Source: Puccinia triticina
Taxonomy: Eukaryota
Assembly (NCBI GenBank): GCA_026914245.1
Contig: CP110439.1
Span: 3,162,001-3,226,000 of the forward strand
DNA length: 64,000 nucleotides
Direction: 5' to 3'
A program made the translations under genes and the position numbers. The notes beneath the pieces were generated by a model. That model ran no database searches, was not told where the DNA came from, and was given only the letters and a program-made list of their open reading frames with translations. This document shows, piece after piece, positions 1 to 10,320 of the stretch (position 1 is the stretch's first letter; every line of letters starts with the position of its first letter).

Positions 1-597
1 AGCTGGAAAGGACTTCTGACAACGACGTAAGTGGAGTCGCTGGGCAGAAGCCTTGTCGGACGCGCGATTGTGTCTTTGAAATCGTGGTTATCTGTTTTGG
101 GGCGTTCGAAGAATATCTTTGACCAACTGGGGATCCCAGGACGACGGAGTGCAGAAAACGAGGGCCTTTTAACTTGCTGGATCGTTGGTGAAGCCGTGCG
201 GTCGTGGTTATGGCACTGGCTGGCCGGGGGGGGGGGGGGGGGGGGGGCGGAACAGGCGGTGTCGGCTAGGAATTTGGACCTGTGACGTGTGGGCCGCAGG
301 TTTATAATTGTACATAATTATCCAGGCTTTTTTGAAACATCTTTGGGCCTGTATTTGCCACAAAAACTTAAGAGATTCTGTTTTCAATCAAGTTTGGAAA
401 ATATTACGATAAAACTTCAATATGTGTTTATAATTGGGCCCTTAGTTAAGTTAGAGAATTTGTATGGGAGGCATGATGGCAGGTTTAAATATTAGTTTGG
501 CCCTGCTTCATTTGTGGAAAGTTCAACAAACTCAGCAATCGTCGTGCTCCCTTCTAGAATAGGCTCGTCACATTGCACCTTTTCATCAATTATCAAC

Positions 598-2016
598 ATG
601 AGGTCCCATTCCCTGCGTTTCTTGTGTTGGGTATTCATCCTGTGTGCCAAAGATGTTTTTGCTCGACCAAATGACACCGAAGCGGAGAAGAACGTCTCTC
701 TACTATTCGATTTAAACGAGTTACCACACGAATCGGATGAACTTTCAATCGCGCCTCTCTGCGCCTTGCCATCAACCGAATCCTTTCACAGCTCCAACGC
801 AGATTGCCTTCCGGCGGCCAAACAAGAGGAACCATTTTCCGCGGTTTCGCCGTCGGATCTATTCGCCATCGGTCATTCATCCCTTTCCGGTAAGCGTGAA
901 CTTGATGGGCTGGATTTGGAGGTTACAGATCAGAAGTCCTTCCTTGAGTGGGACAAAAAACATAACGCTTTTCCAAATCAACAACTAGAAGGGATGTCCA
1001 AGAAGAGAAAAACAAGTACATGGAAATTGAATGATACTCAAATTCCATCGGGAATTTCAATCAATTGCAAACTGCCAGTGCAAAGCTTGAACGATTCCCC
1101 TCGTCTTAAAAAATCCAGTAGTTTTTCTGGGGTAGTAAACCAGGGAACATGCGTCTTGACAGAGGATCTGGAGAGGAAAATTGAGAATAAGAACCAGGGA
1201 ACCTTCAAAGAATCTAAAACCGAGAACTCTTTCCATGAAATGTTAAAGAGCATGAAGAATGATGCGCTCCACTACGGAAAAAATAGGATGAAACTTAAAG
1301 CCAAGCTGAAATGTCCTGCCTCAATTTCAAAGAAAGATTTGTTGCGTAAACTGCATCTAGCTCTTCACAAAAAATTTGTATATGCTACAGACTCAATGAG
1401 CTTGAATGACAGAAAGTGTGAAACCCATAACATTATATTGAAAATTGCAGATGAAAAAAATATCCTTGTTGACTTCATGACCCCATTTACGGAAACTCTG
1501 AAGGAATTGGGGTTTGAAACCAATCCGTATGAGTATAAACCCCTGGTGGTGATTTCATACATCAAGAATCTTACAAGAAGTGTAATAGTTACAACTTTAC
1601 TTTATGCTTCATTGTTTCAAGAAGAAGAGAGGCAGACAACGGAAGAATTGGTTTACAGTGTGCTAGATTTCATACAAGTTTTTTTCAAGAATATACAAAA
1701 TAGAGATGAGCCAATGAAGGAAAGCCGAAATTTTGTCTGGTTGCACAATTTATTAAAATCCAAAAAAAGTTCTGTTTTGACTGATCATCGATTGAGCAGA
1801 CCAACCAGAGTAATGAGCATGGCCTGGAGTATTGTCAATTTATTAATAAGAGAAAAAGGAAGAAGTTTAATTCCCAATCTACCAGAGGAAATGGCAACTT
1901 TGTCAAGGTCAATTCAAGAGATTATCTATAAGATGCTATATTCATCAAATCACCAAGATATATCCCAGAGTGTTAGGAGAAAACTTGAAATCAGAAATTC
2001 CAAACAATCAGAATAA
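598..2016 (+). CDS. Predicted secreted protein / candidate effector (single exon, ~472 aa)
   Basis: The ORF track starts at a GTG at 514, but the first ATG is at 598. It gives MRSHSLRFLCWVFILCAKDVFA|RP, a plausible signal peptide. A DLNELP motif and a basic SKKRK patch follow. No family recognised. Confidence 0.7.
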   Translation: MRSHSLRFLCWVFILCAKDVFARPNDTEAEKNVSLLFDLNELPHESDELSIAPLCALPSTESFHSSNADCLPAAKQEEPFSAVSPSDLFAIGHSSLSGKRELDGLDLEVTDQKSFLEWDKKHNAFPNQQLEGMSKKRKTSTWKLNDTQIPSGISINCKLPVQSLNDSPRLKKSSSFSGVVNQGTCVLTEDLERKIENKNQGTFKESKTENSFHEMLKSMKNDALHYGKNRMKLKAKLKCPASISKKDLLRKLHLALHKKFVYATDSMSLNDRKCETHNIILKIADEKNILVDFMTPFTETLKELGFETNPYEYKPLVVISYIKNLTRSVIVTTLLYASLFQEEERQTTEELVYSVLDFIQVFFKNIQNRDEPMKESRNFVWLHNLLKSKKSSVLTDHRLSRPTRVMSMAWSIVNLLIREKGRSLIPNLPEEMATLSRSIQEIIYKMLYSSNHQDISQSVRRKLEIRNSKQSE

Positions 2017-4047
2017 ATTTCTAGCTCCACAGGATTATTAATTCATATTTCAATATTTTCCCAAGAGTTCTGTAGTGCATATGTCTCCTGGTTTCTGACA
2101 TTTCTTGGTGCTAATTGTTCTTATTTTTCAGACTGAGTTTTAGACCTCCCCTTAGTTCCTAGTTCTTTTTTTTGATTGATTTAAATCAAGGAATTACTTG
2201 GATTTTGAAAGGGGTCAAGATAGGGATAGCTCTGGTTACCTGGCTGAAAAACGCTTTGATTGTGGAAACCTGCACCCGCATCCACACCTGGGGAGGCTGA
2301 TACCATGGTAACAGTGGCAGGTAACCCTGAAAATGGCCATGATCTCTTCATTTTCAGGAATGGTCTCTCCATCCTCTTTTTTTGTACTGTTGGGCTTTGT
2401 AGATTTTATGAAGTAATGTGCAGGGGCCAACCAGCCATGTGGTATTACTAAGGGGGTGGTTGCATTGACTGCATATTATTGTTGATTTGATTGAGCGACT
2501 GGTAGGCTGTCAGGGCTGTGGGAACTAAGTACTAGGTTGGTCAAGGGTGCTGTGGTTAGCCATGGCAGTGGAAATGAGTGACTGATTGAGAATTTGAGTG
2601 TATATATAACATACCAGTATCAAGGGCGGCTGCTACCTTGCCAAAAAGGTGTGAGTGTATGTGGAAGATGGGCTAGCCGCTAAAGCAGATGTGGGGTTGT
2701 TCAGTATGTAAAGAATCTTGTGTTTGCAAGTGGGAGGGTGCTCTAATTTTTTTTGGTGAATCTGTGGCTTTAATAAGCTTAAAATAAATCAACTTTGAAC
2801 ATCATAATTGTGTGGACTGATATACAATACAATCAATGTGGAGAAGACTGGCTAGTGGCTTTATGCTACCACTGGGTTTTGTGTCTTTTTTCTGTTCTAA
2901 TTTCTTTTTCTCTGCAAAAATAGTTTTAACTGTCAGTTTTTATGTTTTGGGATGTTACTCAATCAGCAATTTCTTGGGGGTGACCGGGTCAGATGTTGAG
3001 AAATTTTATTGTGGGTTGATATTGAATTGAACTGCATTTGGTTTTAATGGCAGAAAATGTGTTGAGGCAAGGCTTATCAAGGCTTATCAGGTGTGGGGAT
3101 GCAACAAGATTGAGTTTCAAAGTGAGTCACTGCAGAAATTAACACTTCAACGTTGGACAAGGTTGTCTGAGCAGTTGTTGGACAGAATTTTTCCAATGAG
3201 TTCTGCAGTTTGCTCAGTGCTGGCTGCAGAAGAGAACTCAGGAAACCCCCTATAAATGACCATAATGTAAAATCCAGAATTTTGCCAAAATTCATGCATT
3301 TTTTGACCTCATCCATGCATGTTTTGTGCAGATAAATCCTATTTACTGCCATCTCCGTCCCAGGAAAAAGTTCATAATTCAAAGTGCATACCTTATTTTT
3401 GTGCATGCAATTTTGGGTTTTCAACAAAAAAAATCATCCATTTTGGTTAGCTTTCCTGGGTCCTTGCAGAACTTTGCAGAAGTCGTTGGACAAGCTTGGT
3501 CCAACACCTGCATGGACAAATTTGTCCAAGCAGATAGTTCATGCAGTGAGTTATTTCCCTGTCAGTGGACAGATTCTCATCCTGATCTGGGTCCCAGAAG
3601 TGATCTAGAACCCAAAAAGCTAGATTTCCCTGGGAACATCGATGCATTTTTGGGTCTAAACTTGCATCTGCGGGGTCCCAGATTGCGCGGGATGTCTGCA
3701 GGAAGAGTTTTGCTAAAATTGCATCTGTGTCTATCTGTGTATGGACTTTGCCGAATGTCGTTGTAAATACATAATTCCTTTTCTGACCCCCGGGGTCTCG
3801 AGACCATCCCCCGTTGTTTGATCGACTCGGGCTGTGACAACTGACACGTCAAGAACAAAGTCTCATTTTGACCAGAACTATTCGCAAACTGGAAAACGTA
3901 AGCCACCTCCAAACAAGATAAGAGACACAAGCTGACCCAATCGATTTCGTTCAAAGCTTCCAAGACACACCTGCAGGTCCGAACTCCATCATCCTTGCCG
4001 GCTAAACGGCTACCAAACGATTCTCACTAGCAAGAACTCCGCATGAA

Positions 4048-4731
4048 ATGATTGCCACAACGGTTTACAACTTTCTGGAGCCCTATCTCCCCGCTCAGTT
4101 CGTCTATGTGATATCGATGGTCGTCTTCGCTTTTGAGAAATTGTTCATGCCCAAGTTCTACGAGGTATATTCGCACGCTAGTCTCGATCCAAAGACGTTG
4201 GTCCCCTTCGTGATTTCGGCGATTGCGCTATACTTATCGATAGTATCGATCTACCATGCTTTCAAAACGGCTTTCCGGATGATCTGGTTCCTTATCAAGT
4301 GGAGTGTCGTGATCGTCATTCTCTGGTTCATCTTGGGCTTTTTGAACGAGGCGAAAGGGCATTCTAATGGTGGCAATGGTGTCAGAAATCCCTTTCAGAG
4401 CTATCAAGACTCCGTCATCTCGTGGTGGAATGGTGCAGCTTGGAACCTAGTCAATATGGACCCGCAGAGCTTTCTGGGCCCTCTCCAAATGATGCTCGGC
4501 CCAAGCGCACTATCTCTCTTCGAACCTATGTTGAACCACTTCCAATCTCATAACCCAGGAACCAACCCCTTTCGTACTGGAAGCAAGCATTCGACCTCTT
4601 CTTATTCTTCATTCAAGCCGTCAAAGCAACACAGCAACCCCCAAAACTCACGAACACGGCAGTCAAACGAAAACACCGAAAAACCCAATGTACGCGATTT
4701 CTTCCAGAAATTTTGGACTCAAACGCCTTAA
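4048..4731 (+). CDS. Membrane protein, possibly Apq12-like (nuclear envelope/ER)
   Basis: Uninterrupted 227-aa ORF with hydrophobic segments LVPFVISAIALYLSIVSIYHAF and MIWFLIKWSVVIVILWFILGFL, resembling the Apq12 two-TM signature. Family assignment is by recall only. Confidence 0.6.
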   Translation: MIATTVYNFLEPYLPAQFVYVISMVVFAFEKLFMPKFYEVYSHASLDPKTLVPFVISAIALYLSIVSIYHAFKTAFRMIWFLIKWSVVIVILWFILGFLNEAKGHSNGGNGVRNPFQSYQDSVISWWNGAAWNLVNMDPQSFLGPLQMMLGPSALSLFEPMLNHFQSHNPGTNPFRTGSKHSTSSYSSFKPSKQHSNPQNSRTRQSNENTEKPNVRDFFQKFWTQTP

Positions 4732-5345
4732 ACCCCCATACGATACATCTTACGCAAGGCTCGAAGCCGGAATGAAGGTTCAAAATTGCAGACTGGCCAA
4801 TCTAGCCGGACCTCAAATCGATGACCATCTCATCCTTTCTTCGAGGAAAGGATTCGTAAAATTGATCATACCATCGGTGATTCTAAACTAGACTGGCTTC
4901 ATCTTGTGGTCGTTGTGATTTAGATTAATTCTCTTGATTCTGATGTATGTATCTATGGCTTTACTTCACTCTGTTCTTATTGTTATAATTGTGAGAGCTT
5001 CTTTCTGCGTCATACCCGAATCTTAATCGGTGCATTTTTGTTTTCTTATTTTGATTGCCTGAAGTCCGCACCAGAAGACATCTTTTTTGTTTCATTGATC
5101 TTATTCGCGCTTATTTGTTGCTAGCGCTTTCATATCTTCTTTGATACACTTGGAAGTTTGAGCCTATGGAAAAATTCCCAAAATGACAAATATTTCGATT
5201 CTGTTCTCCCCACACAGGCTCCCAGCCATCAACTGGGTCAATAAGGAGTCAAGCTTCAGAATAGCAAATATACAATCCAAGTGAGTCAAAATGGTACCAC
5301 TGGATACACAGGTCGTCACCAACTCATCATAGTTGAGAAAGTAAT

Positions 5346-5506
5346 TATGGTATTCAAAATTGCATATGTCACTATTTACATAAAATCATAAAACCAATTT
5401 TGGCTGGGAGATGTCAGCGTGCATAAAACTTAAAGTGACATCTCCCAGCCAAAATTGCAGTTTATAATTTTATGTAAAAAAATCTTATGCAATTTTGAAT
5501 ACCATA
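5346..5506. mobile_element. ~160-bp palindromic MITE, copy 1 (TA-flanked, Tc1/mariner- or Stowaway-like)
   Basis: TATGGTATTCAAAATTGCAT...ATGCAATTTTGAATACCATA, with an inner inverted repeat AATTTTGGCTGGGAGATGTCA/TGACATCTCCCAGCCAAAATT. Coordinates include the flanking TA. Confidence 0.75.
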
Positions 5507-5574
5507 AATACAATCTGAATTTGCATTTGGGCTGTGTGGGCGGCAAAGGAGACCAAGTCATGAAGAAGAACATA

Positions 5575-5735
5575 TATGGTATTCAAAATTGCATTAGATT
5601 TTTTTACATAAAATCATAAACTGCAATTTTGGCTGGGAGATGTCACTTTAAGTTTTATGCACGCTGACATCTCCCAGCCAAAATTGGTTTTATGATTTTA
5701 TATAAATAGTGACATATGCAATTTTGAATACCATA
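5575..5735. mobile_element. ~160-bp palindromic MITE, copy 2 (reverse complement of copy 1)
   Basis: Near-identical to the reverse complement of 5346-5506 and TA-flanked. Confidence 0.75.
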
Positions 5736-5938
5736 ATAGTCAAGATGATAGGCCATTGGCTTGTGATTTTTTCTTGAAAGCAAGGTCTATATAAAAACAA
5801 CTGCTCACATAGTCAAAAGATGAGGAGACCTCTAAGAAAAAATATCTACTTTGGGCTATTTGCAACATGGATTGGATTACTCCGCCCTCAAGCAAATGTG
5901 GGGCTTGAATTCACTTTACAATACCCGGGCTCTTCCAG

Positions 5939-6431
5939 CAACAGTGGGTCAGCTACGCTAACATAGCTGTTAGCGTAGCGCAGCGCAGCGCAAATGCGCT
6001 ATTTTTTAGCGTAGCGTTAGCGCAATTGCGCGCATCTGCGCTAACGCTACGCGCAAAGGATGCAAAGCTATTTTGGCTTTTAGCGTAGCGTTAGCGCAGA
6101 TGCGCGCAATTGCGCAGATGCGCACAATTGCGCTAACACTAAGCACGCAAGGCGCAAAAGAGCGCGCGCTATGCTGCGCTAAAGCGTTTTTTGCGGCAAA
6201 AAAGTGCCTTTTTTCCGCTAAAAGCGCGTTAGCGCAACATAGCGTAGCGTAGCGGCTGTAGCGCAGCGCTAATACTGAACAAAAATTGGTATGCTGTTAG
6301 CGCCGCTGAAAATTAGCGAAGTAGCGGCGCTAACAGCGCGCTAGCGCTATTCAAAAAAGGTTGGCGCTTTTTGCCGCTACGCTAAACTTTAGGGCTAAAG
6401 TAGTGTAGTTTAGCGTAGCGGCCCACTGCTG
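5939..6431. mobile_element. Non-autonomous TIR element with 7-bp TSD, copy 1
   Basis: TIRs CAACAGTGGGTCAGCTACGCT / AGCGTAGCGGCCCACTGCTG. TSD CTTCCAG at 5932-5938 and 6432-6438. Interior packed with TAGCG/CGCTA repeats. Confidence 0.85.
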
Positions 6432-6805
6432 CTTCCAGCACCATCAATGTGTGTTGCAACTCTCCGGCACTGTTGTCGGTATTAGTAATAAACCTTTTGC
6501 CAAGGTTCTTGTATTGTAACAAGCACCTTAGGGCATCCGCATCGGTCGCGGGTTAAGGGAGGATTAGCGTAACTAATCCTCCTCGGCAACCGCACCGGGC
6601 CCGATTTAATCGGGCTAAGTTGCTCCCAGGAGTCCAATTTGGACTAGCGAGGAGTAGATTTCCTCCTTGCTAATCCTGGGAGTAATAGCAAGATGAATAT
6701 TCAAAACAGCCTGGATTAAGCTGGATTAAGCTAGGAGTGCCGAGTACGCACCCCACCTCAACAAGTCTTTGTGTATACGCCAGCCCAGCCCAAGCTTCGA
6801 ACAGC

Positions 6806-8040
6806 ATGCCAGCAGCCAATTCTGCACCAGCTCCAGCCCCTACCTCCGAGTCTCCCCCTGCCTCAACCAATCCAACAAAACGCCGAGGACCCAACTTTAC
6901 CCCAGAGGAAGACGAACAGCTTGCGAAAAGCTGGGTTCATATTTCCGAGGACGCAATCAAATCAAATAACCAAAAGATCGACAAGTTCTGGGAGCGTGTT
7001 TTCAACGATTTCACCAAGTTCAGTCCAGGACCCGTTCGCGATGCTGCAGCTTTACAAACAAGGTGAATTACTGTTCATATTGTGATTCTATTTTTTATGG
7101 CACTTATTTGTGCGTTTAATGATTTGTTTGTTTGATTTCTGATGCAAACAGGTGGAAGAATTTGCAGCAAGCTTGCCTGAAGTTCTCAGCGCTGTACGAT
7201 CGAATTGAAAAACACCCACCGTCTGGCTCTTCCCCTGAGGATTGGATGACGATGGCTCGCGAGCAATACTATGCTCATGTTAAAAAGCATTTTCTTAATG
7301 AGCGACCCTGGCAACTCCTGAGGCACGTGGCCAAGTTCAAGATGTTGGGCGGCAAAGCGAAGACAGGTCGAGTTGCGGAGGCAAATCAAGATGGTTGCGC
7401 AAGAGAGGGAGCCACTGTTGATGTCACCACCAAGTCTCAACGCTCTCAAGACGCCACCCATAATTCTTGTCCTGATCCCGATACTGATAACAATTCAAGT
7501 GCAAGCCCTGTGAAATCGAAGGAGTGGAAGCGCCCCATTAATGGAATTAAGACTGCGAAGCGTCTCAAGGCAGAGGAGCTGTACAAGCGTAAAAAGATGA
7601 AGATGCTCGAATTGGCTCACGATGACGCGGTCAAACGGCTGGCTGAAGCCAAACGCGGGAACGATATTCAATCCGAGCTCGTCGAGATTGACCGCCGCAA
7701 AACCAACTTGAATTGCATGCTTCAAAATATTGAAGACTGCCCAGATGAGGTATCACGCGAGTACCTCATCTCCGAGAAAAAAATGATAATGGAGGAGAGG
7801 CGACGGGCCATAGCTGCATCAACAACTCAACAAGCAGGACCAAGAGGTCCTGGATCCTCGGTAACACGTTCAAGGCCTCAGTTGCAAGATTCCAGCGAGT
7901 ATCAACAACGCTTTGATGAGAATGAGGACACTAGCGAAGACGAATCATCGGACAACTGCTCGGACAGAGACACTCTCCCAACTCAGACTCAAAACTTTGG
8001 CCCCAATGATCTTCTCCCACTTGACCCACTTCTCTCGTAA
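6806..8040 (+). CDS. Harbinger Myb/SANT-like DNA-binding protein (2 exons; intron 7063-7151)
   Basis: RRGPNFTPEEDEQLAKSWVHISEDAI...KFWERV...LQTR|WKNLQQACLKF is a trihelix/Myb-like motif. A GT-AG intron joins ORFs 6737-7066 and 7132-8040 in frame. Confidence 0.85.
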
Positions 8041-8204
8041 TTTAGGTTGTACTCAACAGGGTTTTTTTGTATAGTTTTTCCCTGTCTTCAATCAGTCTTT
8101 TATAGGATCTTCATTATTTATTGCAATCAAGAATCCACAATTATAATTCTTAAAATAACCACAAGAGAAGAGATTACGAGTGACATAAAGTGAGAAAAAT
8201 AAAA

Positions 8205-9605
8205 TTAAGAAGCAAGGAGTTCATCCCAATCGATGAACCCCTCCTTGCGAGATGAGTTCCACAAGTTTTTGATGAGATCATTTGTCAGGTTGTGATGGAG
8301 CAACTCGGACCTCATTTCGATACCTCGCATTCGCTGCTCTAGAACTGTGAACGGTACCTGGCGCGGAGGAATGAATTTAGTCAATGCCGGGAGTGGTGGG
8401 TAGGATTGCGGAACTGCTCGGGTCTCCACAATCATGTTGTGGAGAATTATACATGTAGTCATGATAGCATTTAAATCACCTGGGTACCAACTCATCGCTG
8501 GTACCCTTAGGATTTTGAATTGGCCCTGAAGGGCTGCAAAAGTCCGTTCGATATCTTTTCGGACTGACTCTTGCCGCTTCGTAAAGAGTTTCGTTGCTCG
8601 ATCTTGTGCAACTAGAGATTTGGATTGTATCAAATTCGACCATGGGTAGTAAATACCATCAACAAGATAGTAAGGCCGCTTGTAAACATTGCCTTCAACC
8701 TCAAACTCGACACCCCAAGACGTCCCCGCAAGTTCCGCATCAAACAGAGGCGATCGATCCAAAACATTCTTATCGTTCAGAGCTCCGCACGTCCCAAAAA
8801 AGGAGTGCCAGATCCAGGTGTCCTTTGTGGCGACTGCTTCTAGTACAACGGTTGGGGTCTGCTCTTTGCCTTGGAACTGTCCAGTGAGTGCTGTCGGGAA
8901 GTTCTTCCATTCCCAATGCATGCAGTCTAGGCTGCCAATGCATCCCGGAAAGCCCCTGGCTGCATTTTCTGCGAGAATTTTTTTGAGGTCTTCTTTGTTT
9001 GGGGCGCGTAGGTAGGTTGGTCCATATGTTTCTTGAATGGCAGCACAAAACTGTTCCATGTTTTGTCGAGCTGTGGTCTCTCCGAGTCGACAGTACTCAT
9101 TGGTTGCATCGAGGGGAATTGCATACGCCAACTGTCGAATAACGGCGGTGAGCTTTTGATGCGGGCTCAAGCCCAATTTACCAGTACAATCCTACAGAGA
9201 AGGAAAAGATCATTAATCAGATATGCTGCCGTGGATCTTTGAAGAAATAAAAACCAGTCTCACCGGGCGTTGAACAAAGTAACGGTATCGAGCCGTGAGA
9301 TCGTTCAGAATACGCAAAAATAACCCCTTCTCCATGCGATAACGCCAAGCAAAATCGTCCGAGTCATAACGCGAGCCCTCCTTGAAATAGTCGTTCATAA
9401 GCTCTTCATGGTGTTTCAGGTGGCACCGGTCCTTGTTGGGCGCTCGAATTAACTTGATTGATGGTCGTGTTTCATCCTCAGAGCTGCTAGAATCAAGGTA
9501 ACTGTTGTCAACTTCTTTCAGGAGTTCTTGGTTCGTTCAGTGGATGTATGACAGGTGTCGTCGAGTGTTGAAGTCCTCGTCGTTGAACAGGAATCTTGGT
9601 GCCAT
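8205..9605 (-). pseudogene. Harbinger DDE transposase (intron 9192-9263; one early in-frame TGA)
   Basis: Motifs GFPGCIGSLDCMHWEWKN, LNDKNVLDRSPLF, YYLVDGIY and RKDIERTF. The upstream exon reads MAPRFLFNDEDF...SYIH*TNQ...LMNDYF...FVQRP and splices to DCTGKLGLSP. Confidence 0.85.
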
Positions 9606-10320
9606 TGTTTGGTAGTAAAATTGAGCCGATGTGGATGACCAGGGTAGATGAAGTAGTAGCCAGTTTACTCTTGTGTTTATGCCGGACCAATGCGGTTGAC
9701 AGGCTGGATTAGCGGTAATCCAGTATTAGGCTAATCTACTCCGACCCTATTTACTCCCGCACCGATGCGGATGCCCTAATGCGTTGTTGGCTCAAAAGCA
9801 AGTCATCATAATTTGTTCTACCCCTGGTCGAAGAAGTACACTTGATAATTGCGTGAAATTCAAAAACCAAGCCAGGGAAAAAGAAACAAGATCACTTCTC
9901 TGTAGAAAAACAACAACTCCGGCCTCCAACAAGGCCGTTGTTAGAGGCCAGGGTAACCAAGGTGGTAAACTTAGTGCATATCGAGTTTATTCATCTTATG
10001 CATGTAGTCAAACGTTGTATCTACATGCTGCGGCTACGCCTGTACCTAGTCTAGCTCAGCCCGCGCGGTACCAAATCCCCTCTTTCCTCACCAACAGTGG
10101 ATTCGACACCGAGCAAGGCTGACCCAACCGTGACGCATTTCTTATCGTCAGGTATGTGCAATCAAACTCAGAGTGGATTCAATACCGAGCAAGGCTGACC
10201 CTACCGTGACGCATTTCTTATCGTCAGATCTGCATTCACTTTCTCAAGTGTCTTATAGGTTAAAAGCCGGTTCTGCTGATCGAAGGTATTCGCGTCCATT
10301 GTTCGGGATACCATTGATTT

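Larger units (their letters stand above)
6531..9776. mobile_element. PIF/Harbinger DNA transposon, full length, two convergent genes
   Basis: 16-bp TIR GGGCATCCGCATCGGT / ACCGATGCGGATGCCC, flanked by TTA on the left and TAA on the right (TWA target, one mismatch). Encodes a Myb/SANT-like protein and a DDE transposase. Confidence 0.92.

Noticed and set aside
226..247. Long poly-G/C runs (also 15958-15974 and 46867-46888) as G-quadruplex or poly-Gly features
   Set aside because: Homopolymer length is unreliable and there is no supporting context. The run at 15101-15120 is explained as a Copia PPT.
2100..3760. Short ORFs and CpG-poor sequence suggesting decayed repeats
   Set aside because: No recognisable domain, TIR pair or TSD.
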